Shown here: in pieces, positions 37,537-46,928 of the stretch
Layout of the letters: every line of letters begins with the position of its first letter
Numbering within the stretch: position 1 is the first letter of the stretch
From: a bacterium
Lineage (GTDB): Bacteria > Planctomycetota > JAFGQW01
Assembly (NCBI GenBank): GCA_030426805.1
Contig: JAUHXU010000006.1
Location: 199,716 to 263,715, forward strand
Length of the DNA: 64,000 bases
Reading direction: 5' to 3'
Translations under genes and position numbers: made by a program
Notes under the pieces: generated by a model
What the model saw: only the letters and a program-made list of their open reading frames with translations
Database searches by the model: none
Told to the model about the DNA's origin: nothing

Positions 37537-39129
37537 GTGAGGAGTCCCTCAGTCGATGAGCCCATGAAGATCGAGTCCGCGGAGCGATTCGCGTGCGCCT
37601 TGGCGCTCGTCGTCGTCGTGGCGAGCAGCCTCGTCACCGCGGTCGTGCGGCCGATTGCCGACCCGACCGAGGGGCGGTATGCAGCGACCGCGCGGGCGAT
37701 GGCCGAGGGTGGCGATTGGGTGACGCCGCGCGTCGTCGTCGACGGGCGCGACGTCCCGTATCTCGGCAAGCCGCCGCTGGCGTTCTGGTGTGCGGCGGCG
37801 GCCGTGCATGCATTCGGCCCGCACCCGTGGGCCGTTCGATTGCCGGCGGTGCTGTTCGCGTGGGCAACGGTCGCCCTCGTCGCGTCGCTCGCGCGACGGC
37901 GGTGGGGCGCACGCGCCGGGATCTGTGCGGCACTCGTCCTCGGATCGACGCCGCTCGCGATCGGCGTCGGTCACGCGGTGACGGTCGACGTCGTGCTGGC
38001 GTTCACGATCACGCTGACCCTCGCGTCGTTCGCACGCGCGGCATCGAGCCGCCTCGCCGGATACGGTGTCTTCGTCGGGTTCGGCCTGTCGATGCTCGCG
38101 AAGGGGCCGATCGGCGTCGTGCTCGCGGGCATCCCGATCGCATGTGCGTCGTTCGGTCGCGCACGCGTCGCGCGGCTGTCGGCGCTGCCGTGGGCGAGCG
38201 GGTCCGCGCTGGCGCTCGCAATCTGCGCGCCGTGGTACGCGCTCGCCGAGCGAGCGAATCCCGGGTTCCTCGATTACTTCTTCTACCGGGAGCACGTGCT
38301 TCGCTACCTGACGAACGACTACGGCGATCGCTACGGCCGCGGGCACGACTATCCGTACGGATCGATCATCGTGATGTTCGTCGTCGCCGCCCTGCCGTGG
38401 TCGATCGCGTTCGTCGGTGCCGCGAGGCGTGCGCTCGCCGGCGGGGAGCCCGTGGCGCGGCTCGCGGCGCTCTGGTTGGCGGCCCCACTCGCGGTGTTCG
38501 CGTTTGCTCGCAACATCACCGCGGCCTACACGCTCCCGGCATGTGCCGGCCTCGCGCTCGCGATCGCGCGGTGGCGCCCCGGCCGCGCGTGGGCCGCGTG
38601 GCCGGTCGCCGTGGGCCTCGCACTGACGGCGGCCGCGTGGCCCGGCCTCGTCGAGGGGGCGGGCTATCCGACCGCGACGGGAGCATCGTGGCTCTTCGCG
38701 GGTGCAGCCGGATGCGCGGCGACGCTCGCCGTCGTCATCGGGCGCTCGCCGTCGTCGACGGTGCGGCTCGCGGCGCTGGCGACGGTCGTTCCGCTGGCGG
38801 CGGTCGCGGGCGTGCTCGCGCTGCGTCCGGGCCTCGCGCGCGACAGCTCGACGGCCGCGGTGATGGCGCGCTGTGCGGCGATCGACCCGGCGGCACCCGT
38901 GACGTTCATCTACCGGACGCCGGGCTCCGCGCGCTTCTACGGCGGCGCGCGGGTCGAGCCGATTCCGGACGAACGGCGGGGCGCGCGTCCGCCGATCGAT
39001 GCTCGGCTCCTCGTCGCGCAGCGCCGCCACTGGGCGCGAATGGATGCGACGTGGCGCAGCGAACTGCGCATCCTCGACCGCGTCGGCCCGTGGATCATCG
39101 CGCGCGTCGCGTTCGCGGCCGGCGGTTGA
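37537..39129 (+). CDS. Glycosyltransferase family 39 (ArnT/PMT-like 4-amino-arabinose/mannosyl transferase) membrane protein
   Basis: About 12 TM helices. GT39 N-terminal pattern (DPTEGRYAATARAMAEGGDWVTPRV...YLGKPPLAFW). Start is GTG 37537 or ATG 37564. Confidence 0.75.
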   Translation: MRSPSVDEPMKIESAERFACALALVVVVASSLVTAVVRPIADPTEGRYAATARAMAEGGDWVTPRVVVDGRDVPYLGKPPLAFWCAAAAVHAFGPHPWAVRLPAVLFAWATVALVASLARRRWGARAGICAALVLGSTPLAIGVGHAVTVDVVLAFTITLTLASFARAASSRLAGYGVFVGFGLSMLAKGPIGVVLAGIPIACASFGRARVARLSALPWASGSALALAICAPWYALAERANPGFLDYFFYREHVLRYLTNDYGDRYGRGHDYPYGSIIVMFVVAALPWSIAFVGAARRALAGGEPVARLAALWLAAPLAVFAFARNITAAYTLPACAGLALAIARWRPGRAWAAWPVAVGLALTAAAWPGLVEGAGYPTATGASWLFAGAAGCAATLAVVIGRSPSSTVRLAALATVVPLAAVAGVLALRPGLARDSSTAAVMARCAAIDPAAPVTFIYRTPGSARFYGGARVEPIPDERRGARPPIDARLLVAQRRHWARMDATWRSELRILDRVGPWIIARVAFAAGG

Positions 39130-39197
39130 CGGCTGTTGACGGAGGGGTCGGCGCCGGCTATCCTCGCCCGACCAGAAGTTTTGACTGATCAAAAAAT

Positions 39198-39227
39198 ACC
39201 TGAGTGCACCTGAGTGTACCTGAGTGC
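39198..39227 (+). repeat. Three tandem copies of a 10-bp unit ACCTGAGTG[C/T] in an AT-rich promoter region
   Basis: Exact tandem 10-mers immediately upstream of the AGGAG RBS of the porin gene. Preceded by TTTTGACTGATCAAAAAAT. Confidence 0.8.
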
Positions 39228-39236
39228 AGGAGTGTG

Positions 39237-40529
39237 ATGGTCCGCAGTCGTCTCGGAATCGCGGGGGTGCTCATCGCCGGTATCGCCGTCGGCACGGGGG
39301 CCGCGCAGGAGGAGCATTGGGACCCCGAGCAGCAGGGGCAGACCGTGCTGCGGCGCGTCGGCGGCGACACGGTCGACCAGCCGGAACTCGGGTGGGCCGA
39401 CCGCCACTCGTTGACCGGCCATTTCTTCGGGGCCGGGCGCCCGGTCGACGGGATCGCGATCGACATGACCTACGTCGCCGACGTCGTCGGAAACTACCGG
39501 GGCGGCTTGCGGCAGCGCATCGAGTATCTCGATCGCGCCGATCTCCTGTTGACGGTCGACACGGATGCGTTGTTCGGTTGGCGCGGGGGGCTGTTCTTCG
39601 CCGATCTGATGGGCACGTCGGGCGGCGATCCGTCGCGACAGAACATCGGCGACGCGCAGGTCGCGAGCAACATCGAAGCGTTCAACACGATCAAGCTGTT
39701 CGAGGCGTGGCTTCAGCAGGACGTCGGACGCGGCGTGTCGTTTCGCGTCGGCCTGCAGGACGTCAACGTCGAGTTCGACACGAACGGGACCGGCGCGCTC
39801 TTTCTGAACTCGTCGCACGGGATTGGCGTCGACTTCGCCCAGAGCGGGGTGAACGGCCCGTCGATCTTCCCGACGACCGCACTCGGCGCGCGCGCGGCGT
39901 GGACGTTCGCCGATGGCTGCGCGGTCCGCGCGATCGTGCTCGACGGGGTCGCCGGTGACCCGAACGATCCGCGCGGCACGCAGGTCATCCTGAAGCGCGA
40001 CGACGGAGTGCTCGGTGTCGCCGAGGTCGACCTGACGATCGCCGGTGTGCGAATCAACACCGGCTACTGGCGCTACTCCCGACCGTTTCCCGACGTCGCC
40101 GACCCGGTCGCGCGCCGGGGCAACCAGGGTTTCTACGCCCTCGTCGAGGGACGACTGTTCGCGGAGCCCGACCCCGACCAGGGCCTCAACGCGTTCGTCC
40201 GGGCCGGTTGGGCCGACGATCGGTTCAACCCGATCGGCACCTACGTCGGTGCCGGCGTCGTCTATCGCGGCCTGTTGCCGGGGCGTGAAGGCGACGAGGT
40301 GGGGCTCGCGGTCGCGATCGCGAGCGTCGGCGAAGAGACGCGCGACGCGGTGCGCGCCGGCGGTGGCCGCATCGAGCGGCGCGAGGTCAACTTCGAGCTG
40401 ACCTACCGAATCCAGGTGACGCGCTGGTTCGCCGTGCAGCCCGACGTCCAGGTGATCCTCGACCCGGGCTTCGACCCGTCCCTGCGCAACACCGTCGTCG
40501 CCGCGCTGCGCTTCGAGCTGATCCTGTAG
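39237..40529 (+). CDS. Outer-membrane carbohydrate-selective porin (OprB family-like)
   Basis: Signal peptide (LGIAGVLIAGIAVGTGAAQ). Alternating beta-strand pattern throughout. OprB-like segments (GYWRYS..., FYALVEGRLF, GAGVVYRGL). Confidence 0.6.
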   Translation: MVRSRLGIAGVLIAGIAVGTGAAQEEHWDPEQQGQTVLRRVGGDTVDQPELGWADRHSLTGHFFGAGRPVDGIAIDMTYVADVVGNYRGGLRQRIEYLDRADLLLTVDTDALFGWRGGLFFADLMGTSGGDPSRQNIGDAQVASNIEAFNTIKLFEAWLQQDVGRGVSFRVGLQDVNVEFDTNGTGALFLNSSHGIGVDFAQSGVNGPSIFPTTALGARAAWTFADGCAVRAIVLDGVAGDPNDPRGTQVILKRDDGVLGVAEVDLTIAGVRINTGYWRYSRPFPDVADPVARRGNQGFYALVEGRLFAEPDPDQGLNAFVRAGWADDRFNPIGTYVGAGVVYRGLLPGREGDEVGLAVAIASVGEETRDAVRAGGGRIERREVNFELTYRIQVTRWFAVQPDVQVILDPGFDPSLRNTVVAALRFELIL

Positions 40530-40665
40530 CGCTGGTCCGCCTCGGCGGCCTTGGTCCCACTCCGGAGGAGGGCGGCTCTCGGACTTTCGGACAAAACTTC
40601 TTGTCCGTCGGTAACGGACAGGATATTCTGTCCGTCGACCCACCGAGACCAAAGGAGACCCCGCG

Positions 40666-41481
40666 ATGACCGCACCGGACCGCGACGCCCGCCGCTGTGA
40701 CCTGACGTTCGACATCGATGCGCCCCCGGACGCGGTGTGGCGCGCGCTCACCGACCCGGACGAACTGATGCGCTGGTTCCCGCCGGTCGCCGAGGTCGAG
40801 CCGGGTGTCGGCGGAACCGTGCGGTGGAACTGGCGGGAGCACCACGACTGGAAACAGCGGATCACGGTCTGGGAGCCCGGCGCCCGACTCGTCACCGAAT
40901 ACGACTCGGCCGTGGAAGGAGACGACGGGCGCCCCGTGCCGTTGTTCATCGACTTCACGATCGCGGCGAACCGCGGCGGGACAACGTTGCGCATGGTGCA
41001 CTCGGGCTTCGGCCCCGACGCGTCCTTCGACGACGAGTACGACGGCATCTCGCGCGGTTGGCCGGTCGAGTTGCGCAGTCTCAAGCTCTATTGCGAGCGC
41101 CACGCCGGTCGCGACCGCCGGCTCGCGTGGGCCGAGGCGACGACCGATCTCTCCGGCGCGGCGGCGTGGACCCGACTCGCCGAGGCACTCGGCAGCGACC
41201 GGTTGCTCGACGCCCTCGCCGAGGGTGCGGCGTTCTCGTTCACGACGCCCGGCGGAGACGCGTTCGAAGGCACCGCGCTGTGCTGCCACGCGCGGCAGTT
41301 CTCCGGCATCGCGCGGAGCCACGGCGACGCGTTCATCCGCCTCGCGGCCGAGGAGTGGGGCGGGGCGACGCACGTCTGGATGTGGCTCGCGACGTATGGC
41401 GAGGTCGACGACGCGACCCTCGGTGCGATCGAATCGCGATGGCGCGACCACTTGGGTGCGACGTTCGGGAGCCTCGCGTGA
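40666..41481 (+). CDS. SRPBCC/AHSA1 (activator of Hsp90 ATPase homolog-like) domain protein
   Basis: N-terminal DAPPDAVWRALTDPDELMRWF motif typical of AHSA1/SRPBCC proteins. Confidence 0.75.
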   Translation: MTAPDRDARRCDLTFDIDAPPDAVWRALTDPDELMRWFPPVAEVEPGVGGTVRWNWREHHDWKQRITVWEPGARLVTEYDSAVEGDDGRPVPLFIDFTIAANRGGTTLRMVHSGFGPDASFDDEYDGISRGWPVELRSLKLYCERHAGRDRRLAWAEATTDLSGAAAWTRLAEALGSDRLLDALAEGAAFSFTTPGGDAFEGTALCCHARQFSGIARSHGDAFIRLAAEEWGGATHVWMWLATYGEVDDATLGAIESRWRDHLGATFGSLA

Positions 41482-42104
41482 CGGCCGCCGTCGAGGTCGT
41501 CGACGATGTTCGTCGCGCGCGAACGCTGTTGCACGAGGGCCGACTCGCGTTGCTCGCTGCGCTCGACGAGCCCGCGTCGGCGGCGACGATCGCCAAGCGC
41601 CTCGGACAGCCTCGGCAGCGCGTGAACTATCACCTGCGGGAACTCGAAGAACAGCGGTTGCTCGAGATCGCCGAGGAGCGCCGCCGCGGCAACTGTGTCG
41701 AGCGCGTCTACCGGCGCACCGGGAAGGCGTTCGCGATTTCGCCCGATGCACTCGGCGCGCTCGGCAGCGACCCGGACGACGTGCGCGATCGGTTCTCGGC
41801 CGCGTATCAGATCGCGCTCGGCTCCCGGATCGTGCGCGAGGTCGGGGCGCTGCAGCGGGCTGCGCACGAGGCGGGCAAGGCGCTTCCGACGTTCACGCTC
41901 GACACCGAGGTCCGTTTCGCGTCGCCGGCCGACCGTGCCGCATTCGCGGACGATCTCGCCGACACGGTCGCCCGTCTCGTCGAGCGTTATCACGACGCCG
42001 ATGCGCCCGGAGGCCGGCGTTTTCGGGTGTTCGCAGGCGCGCACTCGAAGCCCCGCCGAGGCGGCGCGGTCGCGAACGTGGCGCCCGCGCGCGGGGAGGA
42101 GTAG
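41478..42104 (+). CDS. ArsR/SmtB-like winged-HTH transcriptional regulator
   Basis: GTG at 41478 overlaps the upstream stop (GTGA). HTH pattern RLALLAALDEPASAATIAKRLGQPRQRVNYHLRELEEQRLLE. Confidence 0.7.
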   Translation: MTAAVEVVDDVRRARTLLHEGRLALLAALDEPASAATIAKRLGQPRQRVNYHLRELEEQRLLEIAEERRRGNCVERVYRRTGKAFAISPDALGALGSDPDDVRDRFSAAYQIALGSRIVREVGALQRAAHEAGKALPTFTLDTEVRFASPADRAAFADDLADTVARLVERYHDADAPGGRRFRVFAGAHSKPRRGGAVANVAPARGEE

Positions 42105-42184
42105 CATGAAACGCTGACCCGGAAACCGGACGCTCTGCCCACTTCTGGGGGGCGGGGAGCGGCCGGCCGTTGGAGAGAGAGACC

Positions 42185-43405
42185 ATGAAGCGAAACCTGC
42201 TGATCCTCACGCTCGTCGTCGCGGCACTGGGTGCCTCGGCGCACGCCCAACCGAAGAAGGGCGATCTGATCGTCACGAGCCACATCAACGACTACGTGGG
42301 TGTGATCGACCGATCGACCGGCGCGTTGACGACGCTGTCGACGTTGCCCGGCGATCCGATCCCGTCGATCATGGCTGCGAACAACCGCGACGTACTCGTC
42401 TTCGAGCGCCCGTCGCCGTGGAACGTGTGGAGCGTCGACCCGAACGGCACGCTCGCGCCCGTCGCGACGTCGAGCGCGTCGGGTGAGGGAGCAATCACCG
42501 GTGCGGACTGGTTGCAGGACGGCACGGTCCTGACGTGCTCGACGGTGTTCGGCACGCGGGGCTGGCTCCGCAGCCTGAACCTGACGACGAACACCTACAC
42601 GACGCTCTTCACCGCGCCGATCTCCCACTTCCGCCACGCATCGGTCAACAAGGACAACGGCCGCTACCTCGTCTGCCTGTGGGGGACCGGCGGTTCGATC
42701 CTCGAAATCGACGCGACGACGCAGACGATCACGACGGTCGTATCCGGCTACACCGGCACGTCCGCGGTCGACACCGATTCGTCCACCGGCAACATCGTCT
42801 TCTCCAACGAGGACTCGTTCAGCGGTGGGATCAACGTCGTCACGCAGGCGGGCGCGCTGGTCCGCACGATCGCGCTGCCCGTCGCGCGCGCGGTGCGGGT
42901 GGACGACGTCACCGGCAACTACGTCGCGCCGACGTCGAACAGCGGCACGATGGCGTCGCGCGTCGTCGAGTTCGATCAGGCCGGCAACGCGGTGCGCACC
43001 TACGGCCCGTACGGCACCGACGGCTTCGCGGGCATCGAGATCTACGGGTCGCGATCCACCAGCGGGGCCGGCACGGCGAAGCCGGGTACGAGCTACCAGG
43101 TGACGTTCTCGTTCCCCGGGTTCGGCGGATCGGCGTATGCGGGTGCGCTGTCGTTCTCGTCGCGCCCCGGCCTCGCAGTGCCCGGCGGCACGATCCACCT
43201 CGGCTTCGACAACCTGTTCCTCGCGTCGATCAACGGCCTGCTCGTCCGCAACTTCCAGGGCACGCTCGGCGCGTCCGGCCAGGCGACGGGCTTCATCGAC
43301 CTGCCGGCGTTCCTGCCGGCGGGTGTCCGCTTCTACTGCGCGGGCGTCGCGATCAGCGGCGGCGGGTTCGTCACCGGCAACACGATCGGCATCACGGTGC
43401 AGTAG
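42185..43405 (+). CDS. Secreted beta-propeller-like protein with shared C-terminal module (family B copy 1)
   Basis: Signal peptide (LLILTLVVAALGASAHAQ). Repeated beta-propeller-like blades. C-terminal ~95 aa homologous to the family A and C C-termini. Paralog of 54652..55842. Confidence 0.7.
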   Translation: MKRNLLILTLVVAALGASAHAQPKKGDLIVTSHINDYVGVIDRSTGALTTLSTLPGDPIPSIMAANNRDVLVFERPSPWNVWSVDPNGTLAPVATSSASGEGAITGADWLQDGTVLTCSTVFGTRGWLRSLNLTTNTYTTLFTAPISHFRHASVNKDNGRYLVCLWGTGGSILEIDATTQTITTVVSGYTGTSAVDTDSSTGNIVFSNEDSFSGGINVVTQAGALVRTIALPVARAVRVDDVTGNYVAPTSNSGTMASRVVEFDQAGNAVRTYGPYGTDGFAGIEIYGSRSTSGAGTAKPGTSYQVTFSFPGFGGSAYAGALSFSSRPGLAVPGGTIHLGFDNLFLASINGLLVRNFQGTLGASGQATGFIDLPAFLPAGVRFYCAGVAISGGGFVTGNTIGITVQ

Positions 43406-43481
43406 CCCCCGGCCATCGCGTACACGAACACGAGGCGAGCGAGCCGCACGGCTTACTCGCCTCGTCTGCGTTACGATCCGC

Positions 43482-44396
43482 TCAGAACGACAGGATCGCG
43501 GAGAACGTGAAGCGCGACGAGAACAGGTCGTCCTGATTCGTCAGGGGGAACTCGTAGGCTCCACGGATCGCGAGGTCGGGGAGCGGACGCAGCTCGAGGG
43601 CGACCGCCGCGGTTACGACGTCGTCATCCTTGCCGCCGCCGAGGTTCAGGGCGTCGACGCCCTGGAACGGCACCACCACCTTACCCTCTTTGGTCGTGTA
43701 ATGGCCGTTGGCCTCGACGACCGGACTGAGCCAGTCACACACGCGATAGTCCGCGCGCGCGTGCCAGCTGATGCGGTCGGAGTTGCCGAGGTCCATCGGA
43801 TCGTTGCTGCGTTTGTCCGGGCCGTAGAAGTAGTTGAACGTCGCGCCGCAGTGGAAGCGACCGAAGCCCTTGTCCACCGAGACCCAGCCGCGGATCTCCT
43901 CGTCGTCGTGGTGGATGCGCTTGGAGCCGATCGACAGCTCGTAGCCGACGCCCGCCGCCGCGTGGAACTGGTGCTCCCAGCACTGCAGGAAGTTCCACTT
44001 GAGTCCGGCCGCGACGTCGTTCCACCCGCGCTCGCGCAGTGGCTTCAGACCGGGGTTCATGTCCGAGTAGCCGTCCTTGTAAGCGACGAACTGGAGCTGA
44101 TCGGTGAGCGCGACGCGGAGTTGCAGCGCGTAGATCTGCAGGTTGCCGCCGGCGAGGGCGCTCGTCTCGGTGAACTTGTGGTAGAGGTAGACCGCGCGGA
44201 TGTCGGTCGTGACGAACGAGTCCTCGTGGAAGTAGGGCGACGTGATCGGATGCACGTGGCGGTGTGCCGCGTCTTGCTCGGCGCCGTCTTCGTCGGGCGA
44301 GCCGAACAGCACGAAGCCGGCGTGTTGGGCCGGCAGCGCCGGCGCGGCGAGCGCGCACACGGCGAGGACGATCAGAATGAGGCGTGGATACTTCAT
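43482..44396 (-). CDS. Outer-membrane beta-barrel protein (MetA/phenol-degradation-like transporter family)
   Basis: Start ATG 44396 with signal peptide (LILIVLAVCALAAPALPAQ). Amphipathic beta-strands. C-terminal ...FTFSAILSF with a terminal Phe. Confidence 0.6.
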   Translation of the reverse strand: MKYPRLILIVLAVCALAAPALPAQHAGFVLFGSPDEDGAEQDAAHRHVHPITSPYFHEDSFVTTDIRAVYLYHKFTETSALAGGNLQIYALQLRVALTDQLQFVAYKDGYSDMNPGLKPLRERGWNDVAAGLKWNFLQCWEHQFHAAAGVGYELSIGSKRIHHDDEEIRGWVSVDKGFGRFHCGATFNYFYGPDKRSNDPMDLGNSDRISWHARADYRVCDWLSPVVEANGHYTTKEGKVVVPFQGVDALNLGGGKDDDVVTAAVALELRPLPDLAIRGAYEFPLTNQDDLFSSRFTFSAILSF

Positions 44397-44630
44397 CAGC
44401 GCGAAATCCCAGTCCGCGGCGCCGTCGACGGCCCCGTGCCGCCGGTCCGCACCGCTGTCGCGCGGGATCGCAAAGGGCGTGCCGTTCACCGGGAGCGCGC
44501 GTTCGCGCGAATCGCGGCCGTCGACGCGTTCAGTTGACGGTCGGCTGAACGCTCCGGGGCGGTACGCGAAACGACGCGGGCCGCCCGCCAAGAGAGGCCG
44601 GCCCGCGTCGATGGAAGGGACGGACGCGAA

Positions 44631-46796
44631 TCAGTTCGCGTCGTCGCGTCTGTTCGGGTTCCCGAACGTGACCTCGATGCCGCCGAACACGCTGAACGGT
44701 CGGCCCGGGTTGAACACACCGGTGTCCATGCCCCCGGCGTCGGCGAGGTTGCCGGTGTTCGAGGCGTAGTGCCGATCGGTCAGGTTCTGCGCGTCGATGA
44801 ACGCCGTCCAGCCGTTGGGGCTGCGATACCCGGCGGTGGCGCCCCAGATCGCGTACTTGCTGTTGCGCAGCGTGTTCGCGAAGTCGACGTTGAACGTCGA
44901 GGCCATCTCGAAGTTCGCGCCGATGTAGAAGCCGCACGGGTGCTCGTAGACGAGCTCGGAGCGGATGAGGTGCGGCGGAATGCCCGGCAGCGCGTTGGAG
45001 TGCCAGCTGTCGTCGCCGGAGAAGCGCAGCACCGTGTAGGTGTAGGCGGTCCGGAGACGGAAGCCCTGGTCGCCCTCGTGCTCCCCGCGGCAGAACAGCT
45101 CGGCATCGAGGAAGTGCTCGAATCCGACTTCGAGTCCGTAGTGGACCGTGTCGTCGGCGTTGCCGGTGATGCTCATGCCGGAGTTCGGCGGGCTCTGGAT
45201 CGTCAGGATCTCGTCGTCGAGCAGCGAGTAGTAGCCGGTCACCTGCCAGTGGGTCTTGCCGTCGTCGCTGCGTCCGCGCGCGCCGAGTTCCGCGGTCCAA
45301 CCGGTCTGGTCGTCGATCGTGCCGACCTGGTTGATCGTGTCGCCGTCGGTCGGCGGCTCCCAGCTCTTCGAGATCGAGCCGTAGAACTGCGTCGTGTCGC
45401 TGGCGTCGAAGAGGAAGCCGATCTTCGGGTTGATCGAGCTGTAGTCTTCGTCGGAGTCGACCAACGTGTTCGAGGTATCGAACGACACGGTCTCCTCACG
45501 ATCGGCGAACCCGCCGTGGAGACCGGCGATCAGCGTGAACGAATCGCCGAGCTTGATGCGGTCTTCGATGTAGACCTCGTAGGTCATCGACTCGTTCTCG
45601 GTCGAGTTGTTCTTCGGCGTGCCACCCGGCGCATACTGCTTCGAGCGGTCGTAGCCGATCAGCGCGATCCCGCCGACGACGAGCTCGTTGCCCTCGGCGA
45701 TCTCGCCGGTGTAGCGAACGCTCGCCGCGATGTCGGTGCGCTCCTGGCGGATCGTCAGGAACGGCAGCGGGTGGTGCATGCGCAACCACTGCGCGCCGAC
45801 GCCGATGTCGAGGCGCGAGCCGTCGCTGAAGCGACCGGTGTGCTGGACGTCGAAGCGGTTGACGTTGAAGTTGCGCTCCGCATCGCGTGCGCGCCAGAAC
45901 CCGTTGGGCTGCGTCGGGTCCATCCGGATCTGCGCTCGGGTCAGCGAGCCCGGAAGCTCCAACTCGTTGTCCTGCGACTGGAAGTGGATCCGCGTCTCCC
46001 ACGTGTCGTCCCAGCGCTTGCCGATGTTGCCGTAGAGGCGCCAGACGCGCTCCTGGCTCTGGTCCTGGCGGAAGCCGCCGTTGTTGAGCTGCGAGCCGGA
46101 GACGAAGTAGTCCCAGCCGTTGCCGAGCACGGCGCCGCTCGACGCCTGGACCTGTTGGAAGTCGTCCGAGCCGCTGGAGAGGCGCAGTCGGAACTGATCC
46201 GCGTCGTAGCCGGTCGGCGTGATGAAGTTGATCGCACCACCGAGCAGCGACGAGCCGTAGGTGAGGCCGTTGCCGCCGGGATAGACCTCGGTCGCGACGA
46301 CCGTCAGCGGGTCGAAGAGCTGCGGCCGGGCGTTGCCGTCGGCCTCGGAGATCGGGATGCCGTTCTGGAACAGCCGCACGCCGATCAGGTTGAACGTCCG
46401 TCGCAGGCCCGAGCCGCGGATGACGACGCGGGTCTCGCTGTTGCCGAAGCGGCTCGCGGAGTAGACGGCAGGCGTCCACCGCAGGACGTCGCTCAGATCG
46501 GCCGCCCGGCGATCGCGGTAGAGATCGTCGGTGATCAGGTCCGCGCCGCCGGGGACCTTGTCGAGGTCCTCGAGCCGCTGATCGATCGACTTCGACGTGA
46601 ACGCGACGGGCTTGTCGTCTTCCTTCTCGGCCTCGCGGGTCGCCACGACCTCGTCGGTCGGCAACTGCTTCTCGTCACCGGGGGGTGTGTCCTGACCCCC
46701 GCTGCCCGCCTGGGCGTATGCGTCGCTGCCAGCGACGGCGAACGCTCCGACGAGTGCGCACACGCACACTCCACGCAGCATCTTCATGCCACTCAC
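44631..46796 (-). CDS. TonB-dependent outer-membrane receptor
   Basis: Signal peptide. TonB-box-like DEVVATR. Plug-domain motifs (LSDVLRWTPAVY...RVVIRGSGL). Long beta-barrel region. Confidence 0.85.
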   Translation of the reverse strand: MSGMKMLRGVCVCALVGAFAVAGSDAYAQAGSGGQDTPPGDEKQLPTDEVVATREAEKEDDKPVAFTSKSIDQRLEDLDKVPGGADLITDDLYRDRRAADLSDVLRWTPAVYSASRFGNSETRVVIRGSGLRRTFNLIGVRLFQNGIPISEADGNARPQLFDPLTVVATEVYPGGNGLTYGSSLLGGAINFITPTGYDADQFRLRLSSGSDDFQQVQASSGAVLGNGWDYFVSGSQLNNGGFRQDQSQERVWRLYGNIGKRWDDTWETRIHFQSQDNELELPGSLTRAQIRMDPTQPNGFWRARDAERNFNVNRFDVQHTGRFSDGSRLDIGVGAQWLRMHHPLPFLTIRQERTDIAASVRYTGEIAEGNELVVGGIALIGYDRSKQYAPGGTPKNNSTENESMTYEVYIEDRIKLGDSFTLIAGLHGGFADREETVSFDTSNTLVDSDEDYSSINPKIGFLFDASDTTQFYGSISKSWEPPTDGDTINQVGTIDDQTGWTAELGARGRSDDGKTHWQVTGYYSLLDDEILTIQSPPNSGMSITGNADDTVHYGLEVGFEHFLDAELFCRGEHEGDQGFRLRTAYTYTVLRFSGDDSWHSNALPGIPPHLIRSELVYEHPCGFYIGANFEMASTFNVDFANTLRNSKYAIWGATAGYRSPNGWTAFIDAQNLTDRHYASNTGNLADAGGMDTGVFNPGRPFSVFGGIEVTFGNPNRRDDAN

Positions 46797-46928
46797 TCTC
46801 TTTCCACCTGGTCCTAAGTAGTTACGGCTCAGAATGATGCATGGTTCCGAGCCGCGCCTTCGTGACCGCGAGTTTACCTCGATCGCAAGGTGGCAGGATC
46901 GGGAAAAGTGAGAAAACGTTAACGGTCG

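Noticed and set aside
39189-41084. 631-aa minus-strand ORF
   Set aside because: It is antisense to the porin and SRPBCC genes. It has no motifs.
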